Counted from the first letter of the stretch, positions 54,101 through 61,880 are shown. The stretch is DNA of 64,000 bases from an uncultured Planctomycetaceae bacterium (GCA_963833985.1 CAWIAD010000002.1:3040001-3104000), one strand, 5' to 3'. A program made the numbers and translations. Notes: generated by a model from the sequence alone, not told the origin.

Positions 54101-54389
54101 CGCGGTCCAGCGGCGTCTGGAAGGCGCGTCTCTGATGGAGGCGGCCGTCGAAGGAGGAAAGCTGCGATTTCGGCCGATTCAAATGACCTCCTTCGCCTTC
54201 ATCGCTGGTCTCATTCCGTTGGTCTTTGCCACCGGCGCCGGGGCGATCGGCAACCGCACCATTGGCAGCACGGGGGCCGGCGGGATGCTCCTGGGCACCG
54301 TGATCGGAGTCCTCGTCATTCCCGGCCTTTATTACGTCTTCGGCCGGATGGCCGACGGGCGCGAACTTCCTCGGGGACGAGGTGGCTGA
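51138..54389 (+). CDS. RND efflux permease (AcrB/HAE1-like); last codons possibly frameshifted
   Basis: QFPDVAPP, GVVVDDAIVVVE, GKNAILIVEFA, RFRPIQMTS; an alternative frame from ~54370 reads DEVAEPLSE. Confidence 0.95.
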   Translation: MFTNILYRPALAIVISIIILFLGGLGIATLPTSQFPDVAPPTVQVAIAYPGASANVLVDSVLIPLEQSINGVQNMRYMVSDATSAGEATIRIFFEPGTNPDINVVNVQNRVNIMMNRLPPLVQREGILVSQVVPSMLMYVNIYSTDPNADQKTLYNFANVNVMPVLKRIQGMGIPRNLGNRSFAMRIWLNPDRMRAYSISTEDIMKAVAEQSVIGSPGRLGQATGRTSQSREYVLTYIGRYNKPEQYASIVLRANPDGEILHLKDVAEVELGSEFFDIYSDINGHPAASIILKQSPGSNAAAVIEEIKRELEQIKKESFPPGMDYELAYDVSRFLDASIEKVLHTLLEAFILVSLVVYLFLGNLRSTLIPTLAVPVSLVGTFFVLKLMGLSINLITLFAMVLAIGVVVDDAIVVVEAVHAKMAAKDLSPYRAAMEVLREISGAIIAITLVMTAVFIPVTFIPGPVGQFYRQFGITMATSIVLSGLVALTLTPVLCAMILKPHTHTHKGHAKKQFKPKVVLLYVLGGLPILGLITYLAYYLWGPVGFLFPLLPFVQKTIDRLVEKVTGGYARILRRIVTRRTLTMAVVAIFALGIVYVNTRLPSGFIPGEDQGIIYAVLQTPPGSTLEYTNAKSEELKEIAKKINEVTSVTSLAGYEVLTEGRGSNAGTCIINLKNWSNRQRTARQIIAELEKKCSRMTNVKLEFYEPPAVPGFGAAGGFSMRLLDKTNTSDYQRLGEVTDKFMAALSKRKELKNLFTFYTADYPQYELIINNDRAMQKGVSIGRALDNLNILIGSTYEQGFIRFNQFFKVYVQALPEFRRNPEDLGNMFVKNEAGNMVPYSSFMKIEKKQGLNEITRYNLYPSAAIQGAPAPGFSSGQAIKAINEVAARTLPHGYGVGWEGLSYDEARKGNEAIYVFLIVVAFVYLVLVAQYESFLLPLAVVLSLPVGIFGSFLLLRLMGLANDVYAQIGLVMLIGLLGKNAILIVEFAVQRRLEGASLMEAAVEGGKLRFRPIQMTSFAFIAGLIPLVFATGAGAIGNRTIGSTGAGGMLLGTVIGVLVIPGLYYVFGRMADGRELPRGRGG

Positions 54390-54838
54390 GCCTCTCAGCG
54401 AGATTCATCGCGTGAGTCGCGAGACAACAGAAGGCCGGTCCAAGGGTAATGTGGCCGATCGTGGTCGGAGAGAGCGCACCCCGTCCGGCAGGGCATCCCG
54501 CCGCGGCCCAACCAGGCCCACGCGCTCCCCCGTCCGCACGGGTCGCGTATGATGCAAGGGAGCGGGCATCCGCTGGCTGACGATGACGGTTCGCGGTCGG
54601 GCCCACGAATGAAGCCAAGCGGGATTGGCGGACCGTCCGCCGTGGTCCGGTAAGTTGGTCCCGCCAGGCCATCCAACGGTTACATGTAACAATACAATTA
54701 CAAACATCGTACCAGAGTCACCGTGAAGCGCTTCAGGGCCGCGTCCGTCCCGGCAGCGACGGTCACACCGAGATGGGCATGCTGTCCCCGGAACCCGTGC
54801 AGTCAGGCCCGCGCAGCAAAGCGGCCGCAAACATCGGC

Positions 54839-55243
54839 TCAGCCTGGTAGGAACGCCGAGGGCCGCACGCCGAAGTACCGGGCCAACACGATCACCTGCT
54901 CCTTCGTCAGTGAGCGAGTGCCGTTCATGATGGCCGAGATCGTCGACTGCGTGATTCCGACCCTGGCTTCGAGCATCTTCTGGGTCAGTCCGTTTGCCCG
55001 CATCAGTTCTTTCAGCACGTCGCCTTCGAAAACCTCGCGGGCCGGCTCGTGGACCGCCTCGTAACGCTCTACCAGGTCGGTCAGGGCGTCGAGATACAGC
55101 TCGGTCCCCTTATCCGAAGGGACCCGGAGCAGCTCATCCAGGATCGCCTGGGCTCGCTTCAAGTGCGCATCGTCTCGAATGCTGGCCAGGGGGAAACGTT
55201 CCACGAGCTTGAAGTAACTTGCCGGAGCCGTCTTTACCGCCAT
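54839..55243 (-). CDS. higA: HigA-family antitoxin (XRE HTH)
   Basis: LDALTDLVERYE and LKELMRANGLTQ...QSTISAIMNGTRSLT. Confidence 0.85.
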   Translation of the reverse strand: MAVKTAPASYFKLVERFPLASIRDDAHLKRAQAILDELLRVPSDKGTELYLDALTDLVERYEAVHEPAREVFEGDVLKELMRANGLTQKMLEARVGITQSTISAIMNGTRSLTKEQVIVLARYFGVRPSAFLPG

Positions 55244-55246
55244 GGA

Positions 55247-55591
55247 TTACTTGCCTTTCTTCCGCTTCGGCGGCGGCTCGTGACACCCGCAATCGTCGAT
55301 CCAGCGCCCTTTGTCGTATTGGGCATGGTCCATCACCTTGAGCACGTACACGATGCCCCTGGCATAGTTCACGCGCCCGATCAAACGGTACCGATTGTTG
55401 CCGACATCGAACACCACGCAGTTGCCCACCGTGCCTGCCGATTGGAATGCTTGCCTGAGCACTCCGAAGTTCGGCCAATCTGCGTTTTCGGTCACCTTGC
55501 GCCAGGTCGATATGTCACGCTCCGCAATCAGCGAATCAGCGCCGCGCGACTCCCAGAACTCGCGCAACCGGCGATTGGAAATAACCCTCAC
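55247..55591 (-). CDS. higB: HigB-family toxin
   Basis: VISNRRLREFW...VFDVGNNRYRLI...VMDHAQYDK; toxin precedes antitoxin. Confidence 0.88.
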   Translation of the reverse strand: MRVISNRRLREFWESRGADSLIAERDISTWRKVTENADWPNFGVLRQAFQSAGTVGNCVVFDVGNNRYRLIGRVNYARGIVYVLKVMDHAQYDKGRWIDDCGCHEPPPKRKKGK

Positions 55592-55644
55592 TTCCGTGAT
55601 CTCCTTCCGCACGCCTGGCCGGGCGCGGTAGGTCCTCCGTCGAC

Positions 55645-55696
55645 ATTATCGCTGAGTGCGATATTCCAGTCAACCCGAGTATCGCACTGTGCGATC
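55645..55696 (-). promoter_or_regulatory. higBA promoter with two operator palindromes
   Basis: Minus-strand TTGACT-17-GATAAT (55673-55645), overlapped or flanked by TATCGC-N5-GCGAT at 55647 and 55680. Confidence 0.65.
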
Positions 55697-55796
55697 GTCA
55701 TCCGCACGGAGAAATTTGAGAGACATTGGTGTCGGAGAAATTCGTGTCAGAGAGGAATGGCACTCGGATAGTGCAAACCGATCACCCCAACAACAC

Positions 55797-55878
55797 TCGG
55801 GCGGTTTTCTGACGGGTTGCAGGGAGTTTCTGAGTTTGGAAAGGGGGGCAGTCTGCGATCCGAGTGAAAACCGCTCCA
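55797..55878. mobile_element. MITE-like element, copy 3 (short, lacks the internal REP doublet)
   Basis: GGGCGGTTTTC...GTCTGCGATCCGAGTGAAAACCGCTCCA. Confidence 0.7.
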
Positions 55879-56017
55879 GGGGTTACGTTATCCGAGTGCC
55901 AGTCTGAACCGACACCGAATTCCGGACATGAACTAGAGTTTCGGTATGGGCGGTCCACCCCGATGCTGCATTGCGAAGGTGCGATGGACGGTGGCTCGTC
56001 CTTGGAGGAACTGCCCC

Positions 56018-57247
56018 ATGCCTCAGACGGATTTGCCATCTGGGCTAACGCGCCTTGGTTGCTTCTCATGGTGGGCTCGGGTCCTCGTGTTCTCCACCTC
56101 AGCCCTCATCTCGTCGGCAGCGGAGGGCAAGTCGTCTGAAACGACGTTCGCCGAGGTCATCGGCCAGCACTTCCAGGCCTGGGACCTGAATGGAGACGGT
56201 CGGCTCGAGGTCCACGAGATCGACCGCTTGACGTCCGAACCTTCGATCCGAGGCGACGCTGCCGCGGCGCTTGCAGCCATCAAGATTCACGAGCGAAAGA
56301 TTGGCGGGGCGGAGCACCGTAGGTTCGCCCCCGGACTTGACGAGCTCCAGGGCCGTATTGTGAGCGGGCCCCGTCCGATGGTCCCAGCAGGGCCGTTGAT
56401 CACCGGGCCGACCGTGCCATATTCCTATGAGCATGCGTTTCGCCGGCTAAGCGCCGAACTCGGCGCGGTGCCCTCCTTCCTCTTCGCTCACGACGTCCCT
56501 GACTTCGGTGTCCTGCGTCAGGGCTCGATCAAAGACTGCTTCTTCTTCAGCGTGATCGGAAGCATCGCGGCGCTTCGACCACGACGAATCGTCTCGATGA
56601 TCGAGCCCATGGCCGGCGGCGGTTTTGTCGTGCGATTCCCAGATGGGCCCCTGGTCCGTGTGCCACCCGTGACGCAGGCCGAGGCCCTCGTGAACAATAC
56701 GCTCTCCACGCTAGCAGATGGGCTCTGGCCCGTCGTCCTGGAGAAGGCCGTCGGTGAGATCGACCGCGAACATACCACACGCGACCGCCGGACCGCCGAG
56801 CCGACAGACTCTATCGCGCACGGCGGTTCGACCAAGAGGACGATGTGGCTCTTCACCGGTCACGCCTCATACGAGTTCATCCTGCGCCGTCCGCAATACG
56901 AAGCCCGAGACCTGGCCGAGATCCGCCGAATCCTACCGCAGACATTGGAAGCCGGCCGGCTGGCCACCGCATCGATGGGGCGGTACCCGGCCGGCCCGAA
57001 GAAGGTTCCGAAGCTGGGCTACAAGCACGGCTACGGCGTGATCGGCTTCGACCGTCGAACCGACGAGCTTGTCCTATGGAATCCGTGGGGTAACACATTC
57101 ACCCCGAACGGCCCTGAAGGCCTCGAACACGGCTTTATTACCAAACACGGCGTCTTCCGGGTCTCCCTGAAGACGTTCTACGAAAACTTCTCGACTCTCC
57201 ACGTCGAGTCAGCCGAGCTGCTGCCTTCCCGCTACAGAAAGATATGA
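56018..57247 (+). CDS. Calpain-family (C2) cysteine protease with N-terminal EF-hand
   Basis: QGSIKDCFF (Cys), HGYGV (His), WNPWG (Asn), WPVVLEKA; DLNGDGRLEVHE EF-hand; GGAGG RBS. Confidence 0.85.
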   Translation: MPQTDLPSGLTRLGCFSWWARVLVFSTSALISSAAEGKSSETTFAEVIGQHFQAWDLNGDGRLEVHEIDRLTSEPSIRGDAAAALAAIKIHERKIGGAEHRRFAPGLDELQGRIVSGPRPMVPAGPLITGPTVPYSYEHAFRRLSAELGAVPSFLFAHDVPDFGVLRQGSIKDCFFFSVIGSIAALRPRRIVSMIEPMAGGGFVVRFPDGPLVRVPPVTQAEALVNNTLSTLADGLWPVVLEKAVGEIDREHTTRDRRTAEPTDSIAHGGSTKRTMWLFTGHASYEFILRRPQYEARDLAEIRRILPQTLEAGRLATASMGRYPAGPKKVPKLGYKHGYGVIGFDRRTDELVLWNPWGNTFTPNGPEGLEHGFITKHGVFRVSLKTFYENFSTLHVESAELLPSRYRKI

Positions 57248-57295
57248 TGAAGGCTGCGCAAGAGCATAACGGCTGCATGGGGTCAGGGAAGGGAC

Positions 57296-57343
57296 AAGGG
57301 GACTGGAGTCGATTTCCCAGTCGAAATGACTCGATTCCCCTTT
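57296..57343. repeat. Short inverted repeat (empty TIR-like element)
   Basis: AAGGGGACTGGAGTCGATTTC...GAAATGACTCGATTCCCCTT. Confidence 0.5.
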
Positions 57344-57426
57344 GAGTTCTCCGAAGTCTGGTGCGGATTCTGGAGACGGCTGTCTGTGGCTTTTCCAGGA
57401 GGACTCATGCCCTCAAGTCCTCACGG

Positions 57427-57774
57427 TCAAGAGTAGGGGAGATACTCGACCCGGTTTTGCAGATCGTCCGGGTCGAGGGTTCTGGCAATCAACTCCAGGT
57501 CGCGAACGGCCTGGCCAATGGAAATACCGAACTGGTGCGCGTACACGACGCCAGAGAAAGCCGTCCCTGTTTGCAGACGCCCGTGCGCGATGACCAGCAG
57601 ATCTTGGTCCTGACTGAAAAGCACGCGGCCAGGTGACGTGGCTCGGTCCAGGAGAGGGTCGTCGTCAAGCCTTGCTGACCCATCCTCTTGAGCGGTAAGT
57701 ACGTCCACTCCCCGGTTCCGCAATCCCGCAGTGATCGCCGCAGGCACGTGATGATCCATGTACAGCGATACCAT
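57427..57774 (-). CDS. DUF5615 PIN-like toxin
   Basis: LYMDHHV...LRNRGVDVLT...DDPLL...RVLFSQDQD. Confidence 0.85.
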   Translation of the reverse strand: MVSLYMDHHVPAAITAGLRNRGVDVLTAQEDGSARLDDDPLLDRATSPGRVLFSQDQDLLVIAHGRLQTGTAFSGVVYAHQFGISIGQAVRDLELIARTLDPDDLQNRVEYLPYS

Positions 57775-58089
57775 CAGGAGGCAAGACCTTCGAGCCTTGA
57801 TCTTGGCTCGCAGAACGGATTCACTTTGATGTCCCCGGAGATGCTCGACCGCACGCAACTGTTCATCGATGGCTCGATCCATTTCCTCCTGATGGTCGTG
57901 ATAATAGGCCAGGCAACTGTGAATTTGTCCCAGCGTGAGGTGCGGGTGTTGGCGCTGAATCTCATCGGCATCCCAGTGGTGTGCCAGACGATCCAGGGCG
58001 ACCTCAAGAACTTTCGTTTGTGTCCCAATCAGCCAAACTTGACCGTCGGCGCGATTCTCGACGTGAGGGTAGTTGGTCGGAGTCGACAT
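57775..58089 (-). CDS. DUF433 antitoxin (reads in frame into the toxin in this sequence)
   Basis: IGTQTKVLEV...DEIQRQHPHLTLGQIHSCLAYYHDHQEEMD. Confidence 0.85.
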
Positions 58090-58441
58090 GGTTTTCAGCT
58101 CCTGTGGAGGACTCGCACGAGTCCCATGGATATCATACACAGGACGCAACGCCGGGGCATGGCTCGAATCGCAAAGGCCCCGTCTGTCGGCACAGGAGCG
58201 ACAGCGAGATCGGAGCGGCTCGGAACGGGATGCCGCCAGCAGGATTGACCGACCAAGAGTTGCGGGGACGGACACCAAACGCAATTCTTGACGGCATGCA
58301 ACTGGTCTCGGTCCATTTTTCGACGGGACGAGTTACGATCAACGCTGATCGCGCTGATCCAGGAACCCTTCCGTGATGATCCCGTCCGATCGCCATTGTA
58401 AGTGGACGGCCCCGAGTTGCCAGGTGCGCAGCAGGAGAGAG

Positions 58442-58917
58442 GAGAAATCAGTGTCGAGAAATCAGTGTCAGTTCATTTTTCTGAGAAATCAGTAAAAGAG
58501 AAATCAGCAGAGAGAGAAATCAGTGTCAGTTCATTTTTCTTGACGGAGCAGCAGAGAAATCAGCGTCGAGAAATCAGTGTCAGAGAGAAATCAGGAGAGA
58601 AATCAGAGAGAAATCAGTGTCAGTTCATTTTTCTTGACGGAGCAGCAGAGAAATCAGCGTCGAGAAATCAGTGTCAGAGAGAAATCAGAGAGAAATCAGG
58701 AGAGAAATCAGTGTCAGTTCATTTTTCTTGACAGAGAAATCAGTGTCAGTTCATTTTTTTTGACGGAGAAATCAGGGAGAAATCAGTGTCAGTTCATTTT
58801 TCTTGACGGAGAGAAATCAGTGTCAGTTCATTTTTCTTGACAGAGAAATCAGTGTCAGTTCATTTTTTTTGACGGAGAAATCAGGGAGAAATCAGTGTCA
58901 GTTCATTTTTCTTGACG
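58442..58917 (+). repeat. Left nested-truncation array (~22 units starting GAGAAATCAG; full unit GAGAAATCAGTGTCAGTTCATTTTTCTTGAC)
   Basis: Counted by hand: 22 units, 9 of which include the GTTCATTTTT core. Confidence 0.9.
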
Positions 58918-58941
58918 TAAGCCCGCATCTCGCCGTAACAT
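58912..58941 (+). promoter_or_regulatory. Putative RAYT promoter with the -35 supplied by the last repeat
   Basis: TTGACG-18-TAACAT; predicted +1 at about ATG 58949; no SD sequence. Confidence 0.45.
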
Positions 58942-58948
58942 GGGCATC

Positions 58949-59671
58949 ATGGGACGTCTTCCTCGCGCCACCGACGACGGTCTGGTTTACCACGCGATGA
59001 ACCGCGGGAACAACCGCGCCGACGTCTTCGTCGGCGATGGCGATCATGAGGCCTTCCTCGAGTCGCTCCGGGCTGCGAAGGACCGTTATCCCTTCGCACT
59101 ATTCGGTTATTGCCTGATGAGCAACCACTTCCACCTCCTGCTCAAGCCGAGCTCAGGGCAGTCGATCAGCCGGATCCTCCAGTCGCTCAGCGTGGCCCAC
59201 ACGTGGCGATACCACAAACGGCACCGCACCTCGGGGCACGTGTGGCAGGGCCGCTTCAAGAGCCCGGTGATCCAGGACGATGACCACCTGCTGGTCGTGC
59301 TACAGTACATCGAGGCCAACCCTGTCCGCGCCGGTATGGTCGCCGACCCGAGGGCCTACCGGTGGTCGAGCTATGGCCAGCACGGACTGGGACTGGTTGA
59401 CAAGCTTTTGGACGGTTTCCCCGAGTGGGAGCATCTCGGCCCGTCCGAGGTGGAGCGTAGGCGGCGGTGGCGGGCAAAGCTGCTGTCGGCGCAGAGGCAG
59501 GACGAACTGACAGCGGTACGCGACTCGTTGCGAACCGGACGCCCGCTGGGCTCTCCCGCCTGGGTCGAGGGAGTCGCGACTCGATTGGGCATTAACCTGA
59601 CCCCGCGCCCGCGGGGCCGGCCTCGAAAGGAGGAATCGGCATCGGCCGGAAGTGCCCGAAAAATGAACTGA
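58949..59671 (+). CDS. REP-associated tyrosine transposase (RAYT/TnpA Y1 HUH endonuclease), intact
   Basis: YHAMNRGNNR, YCLMSNHFHLL (HUH), GHVWQGRFKS, YIEANPVRAG (catalytic Tyr), YRWSSY, RPRGRPRK tail; the stop lies in the first right-hand repeat. Confidence 0.93.
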   Translation: MGRLPRATDDGLVYHAMNRGNNRADVFVGDGDHEAFLESLRAAKDRYPFALFGYCLMSNHFHLLLKPSSGQSISRILQSLSVAHTWRYHKRHRTSGHVWQGRFKSPVIQDDDHLLVVLQYIEANPVRAGMVADPRAYRWSSYGQHGLGLVDKLLDGFPEWEHLGPSEVERRRRWRAKLLSAQRQDELTAVRDSLRTGRPLGSPAWVEGVATRLGINLTPRPRGRPRKEESASAGSARKMN

Positions 59672-60092
59672 CACCGATTATCACGAAAAATGAACTGACA
59701 CCGATTATCTCCCGAAAAATGAACTGACACGCGATTATCAGCCCGAGCAGGACGAATGAAGCGTAGGACTCAACCGGACTCCGCTGGCTCTCCTGGCACT
59801 CGATTGCATCTCTTGACCCCGCGCGCGGGGCCGGCCTCGAAAGGAGCAATCGGCATCGGCCAATGAACTGACACCGATTATCACGAAAATGAACTGACAC
59901 CGATTATCTCCCGAAAAATGAACTGACACCGATTATCTCCTGACACCGATTATCTTCGCGAAAGGAGCAATGGCATCGGCCAGAAGTGCCCGAAAAATGA
60001 ACTGACACCGATTATCCCCCGAAAAATGAACTGACACCACGATTATCCCCGAAAAATGAACTGACACCGATTATCTCGACACCGATTATCTC
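59655..60092 (-). repeat. Right nested-truncation array (~11 units ending GATTATC), inverted relative to the left array
   Basis: GAAAAATGAACTGACACCGATTATC and 5'-truncated versions; two units extend into copies of the RAYT 3' end. Confidence 0.9.
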
Positions 60093-60196
60093 GCGGAGGA
60101 CGAGTCAGGCGGTGGAACCCTCTAGCAGCCGTGTCTGGCGGGGTTCTCAAGACGATTGATTGCGTGCAATCGGGACTTTGGTCCCAAACGTTCAGC

Positions 60197-60955
60197 TTAC
60201 GAGGCGATCTTGAACCGCTCTGCGAGCAAGTCGAACTCGTTCTCTCCCTGGATTGCCCTCCTCTTGGGAAACCGGATCGGCAGGCTTTCGAGATTCCATA
60301 TCTGGGTCACAATCTCATCCCATGGCAGCGACCCACGCGGCATGGTCGATCGCTGGTCGTTGGGGTCAACGGGTTTGACCCTTAGCACCTGGATGATCAG
60401 AGTGCCGAAGCCGATCGTCATCGCGTACGCGCGGTCGCCTGCCCCTTCTCCCCTCATCTCCAACAGCCTGGCGACGACAAAAGGTCCAGGCGATCCTTCC
60501 CATCGACATACCCACACATGCGTTTGGATAGGAATTGGACGATTCTCATACGAATAGAAGACCGTCCGCTCCTGATCGGTGAACCGCCAGACACCTGGGG
60601 GATTTCTCGTCTCGGAACACATCGCGGTCATCACAGCCCAAGAGGTCAGCAGCTTGCATTCGCAAGCATCGAAAGAGACAGACGAATTCGATAGAAGGGA
60701 CTTGATGAGCGGCTTCGCGCCTTCCTGCAAGCGGCTCATCCATCCAACATTGCAATATTGACAGACGGATCTTACGGTCAGCCTCAGATCAGTGACCCTC
60801 GTGCATAAAACGGGCGAGTTCATGTCTCCCTGGTATTCGAGCGTCCCGTGCCCCTTGAACTCCTTTCGCAGCCAATTAGGGAACACGTGTTCCTCCGAGC
60901 CAGCCTCTTTGCCACAGAAGATGCACTTCTCGGTCGTCGAGTATTTCTTGCTCAT
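60197..60955 (-). CDS. HNH-like endonuclease domain protein
   Basis: CIFCG...SEEHVFPNWL...VCQYCNVGWMS zinc-binding HNH pattern; visibly more AT-rich than the flanks. Confidence 0.75.
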   Translation of the reverse strand: MSKKYSTTEKCIFCGKEAGSEEHVFPNWLRKEFKGHGTLEYQGDMNSPVLCTRVTDLRLTVRSVCQYCNVGWMSRLQEGAKPLIKSLLSNSSVSFDACECKLLTSWAVMTAMCSETRNPPGVWRFTDQERTVFYSYENRPIPIQTHVWVCRWEGSPGPFVVARLLEMRGEGAGDRAYAMTIGFGTLIIQVLRVKPVDPNDQRSTMPRGSLPWDEIVTQIWNLESLPIRFPKRRAIQGENEFDLLAERFKIAS

Positions 60956-61407
60956 CACGTGACCTTGCGAACAAGCTGATCCGTCGATTGAGATTGATTG
61001 TGTGCTGGAACGTGCCGCGAGTGGAATACTTCACCCGCATCTTGAAGCAGCCGAGGTCGTGGCGCGGGAGGGGGATGCGGTCGACTGGAATACAGGGCAG
61101 GCGGCTCCGCTCGATACGCAAGTCCTAACAACTTACGGGAGCGGCATCAAGCGAGGAGGCAGAACTGCCCAACAGGTGAAGTCCGAATCGCGAAACGACG
61201 CTCGTAGGCGGGAAGCGTGGCAAGTCAGCTAAGGAATGCGATCGCGTGATGTTCGTCGCTGACAGAATTTTCATTTATTTTGAAATGTCTGAATCGCCAG
61301 AATCTTCTTGAATCCATCCACGCAGATAGTTGGAATGAATGAACGCTGGTCCAGAGCTAAGTTTGCAGCTCGTAGACTAACTGTAGGACAGTAAGAGGGG
61401 CTTCTGG

Positions 61408-61614
61408 ATGTACCGGCATTACATGCAGAGATCCATAGTTGAATTGGAGGCGATCTATCGAGGATCGTTATCTGACGAGGGAACCCTACGCCAGTTGCTT
61501 TTAGAGCTTAATCACCGCAATACCAGACGAGCAATGGTTTTACTGGATTTGGTCACCAGCAGGCTGAGTGAGATCGCGTCTGATAAGATGCTCGCCAGGA
61601 ACCCATGTCCGTGA
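61408..61614 (+). CDS. Small hypothetical protein or gene fragment
   Basis: RHYMQRSIVELE...LLLELNHRNTRRA; AT-rich; possibly truncated before the third array. Confidence 0.4.
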   Translation: MYRHYMQRSIVELEAIYRGSLSDEGTLRQLLLELNHRNTRRAMVLLDLVTSRLSEIASDKMLARNPCP

Positions 61615-61768
61615 ACAGGTCGATTGTGGGAAGATTGCCTGACGCGAGAGTAATCGAGTGCTCTCTTCCGAGGAAATCGCAGTCAGGCAGGACTTTACGT
61701 TCGACCTCGAAAAGCGCTTCAAGAGAGCTTTCCCTGCCGACGTGCGTAGCCTTGCCAGCCCCAGCCCA

Positions 61769-61880
61769 GGAATGCTTCGGTGTCAGTTCATTTTTCTGGC
61801 GCAGGAATGCTTCGGTGTCGGAATGCTTCGGTGTCAGTTCATTTTTCTGGCGGAATGCTTCGGTGTCAGATCATTTTTCC
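61769..61880 (+). repeat. Third nested-truncation array (4 units starting GGAATGCTTCGGTGTC)
   Basis: Same GGTGTCAGTTCATTTTTC core; the last unit overlaps the comEC stop. Confidence 0.85.

Noticed and set aside
57264..57278. GCATAAC after the calpain stop as an attC half-site (with GTTATCC near 55886)
   Set aside because: Only a 7-bp match with a mismatch and no L boxes or right arm; too weak
58402..59000. ORFs with repeated EKSVSVHFS/RNQCQFIF peptides
   Set aside because: Translations of the DNA repeat arrays; all three frames are open for compositional reasons
58442..60092. CRISPR array interpretation of the RAYT-flanking repeats
   Set aside because: No unique spacers of regular length, the units are truncated copies of each other, and no cas genes are present
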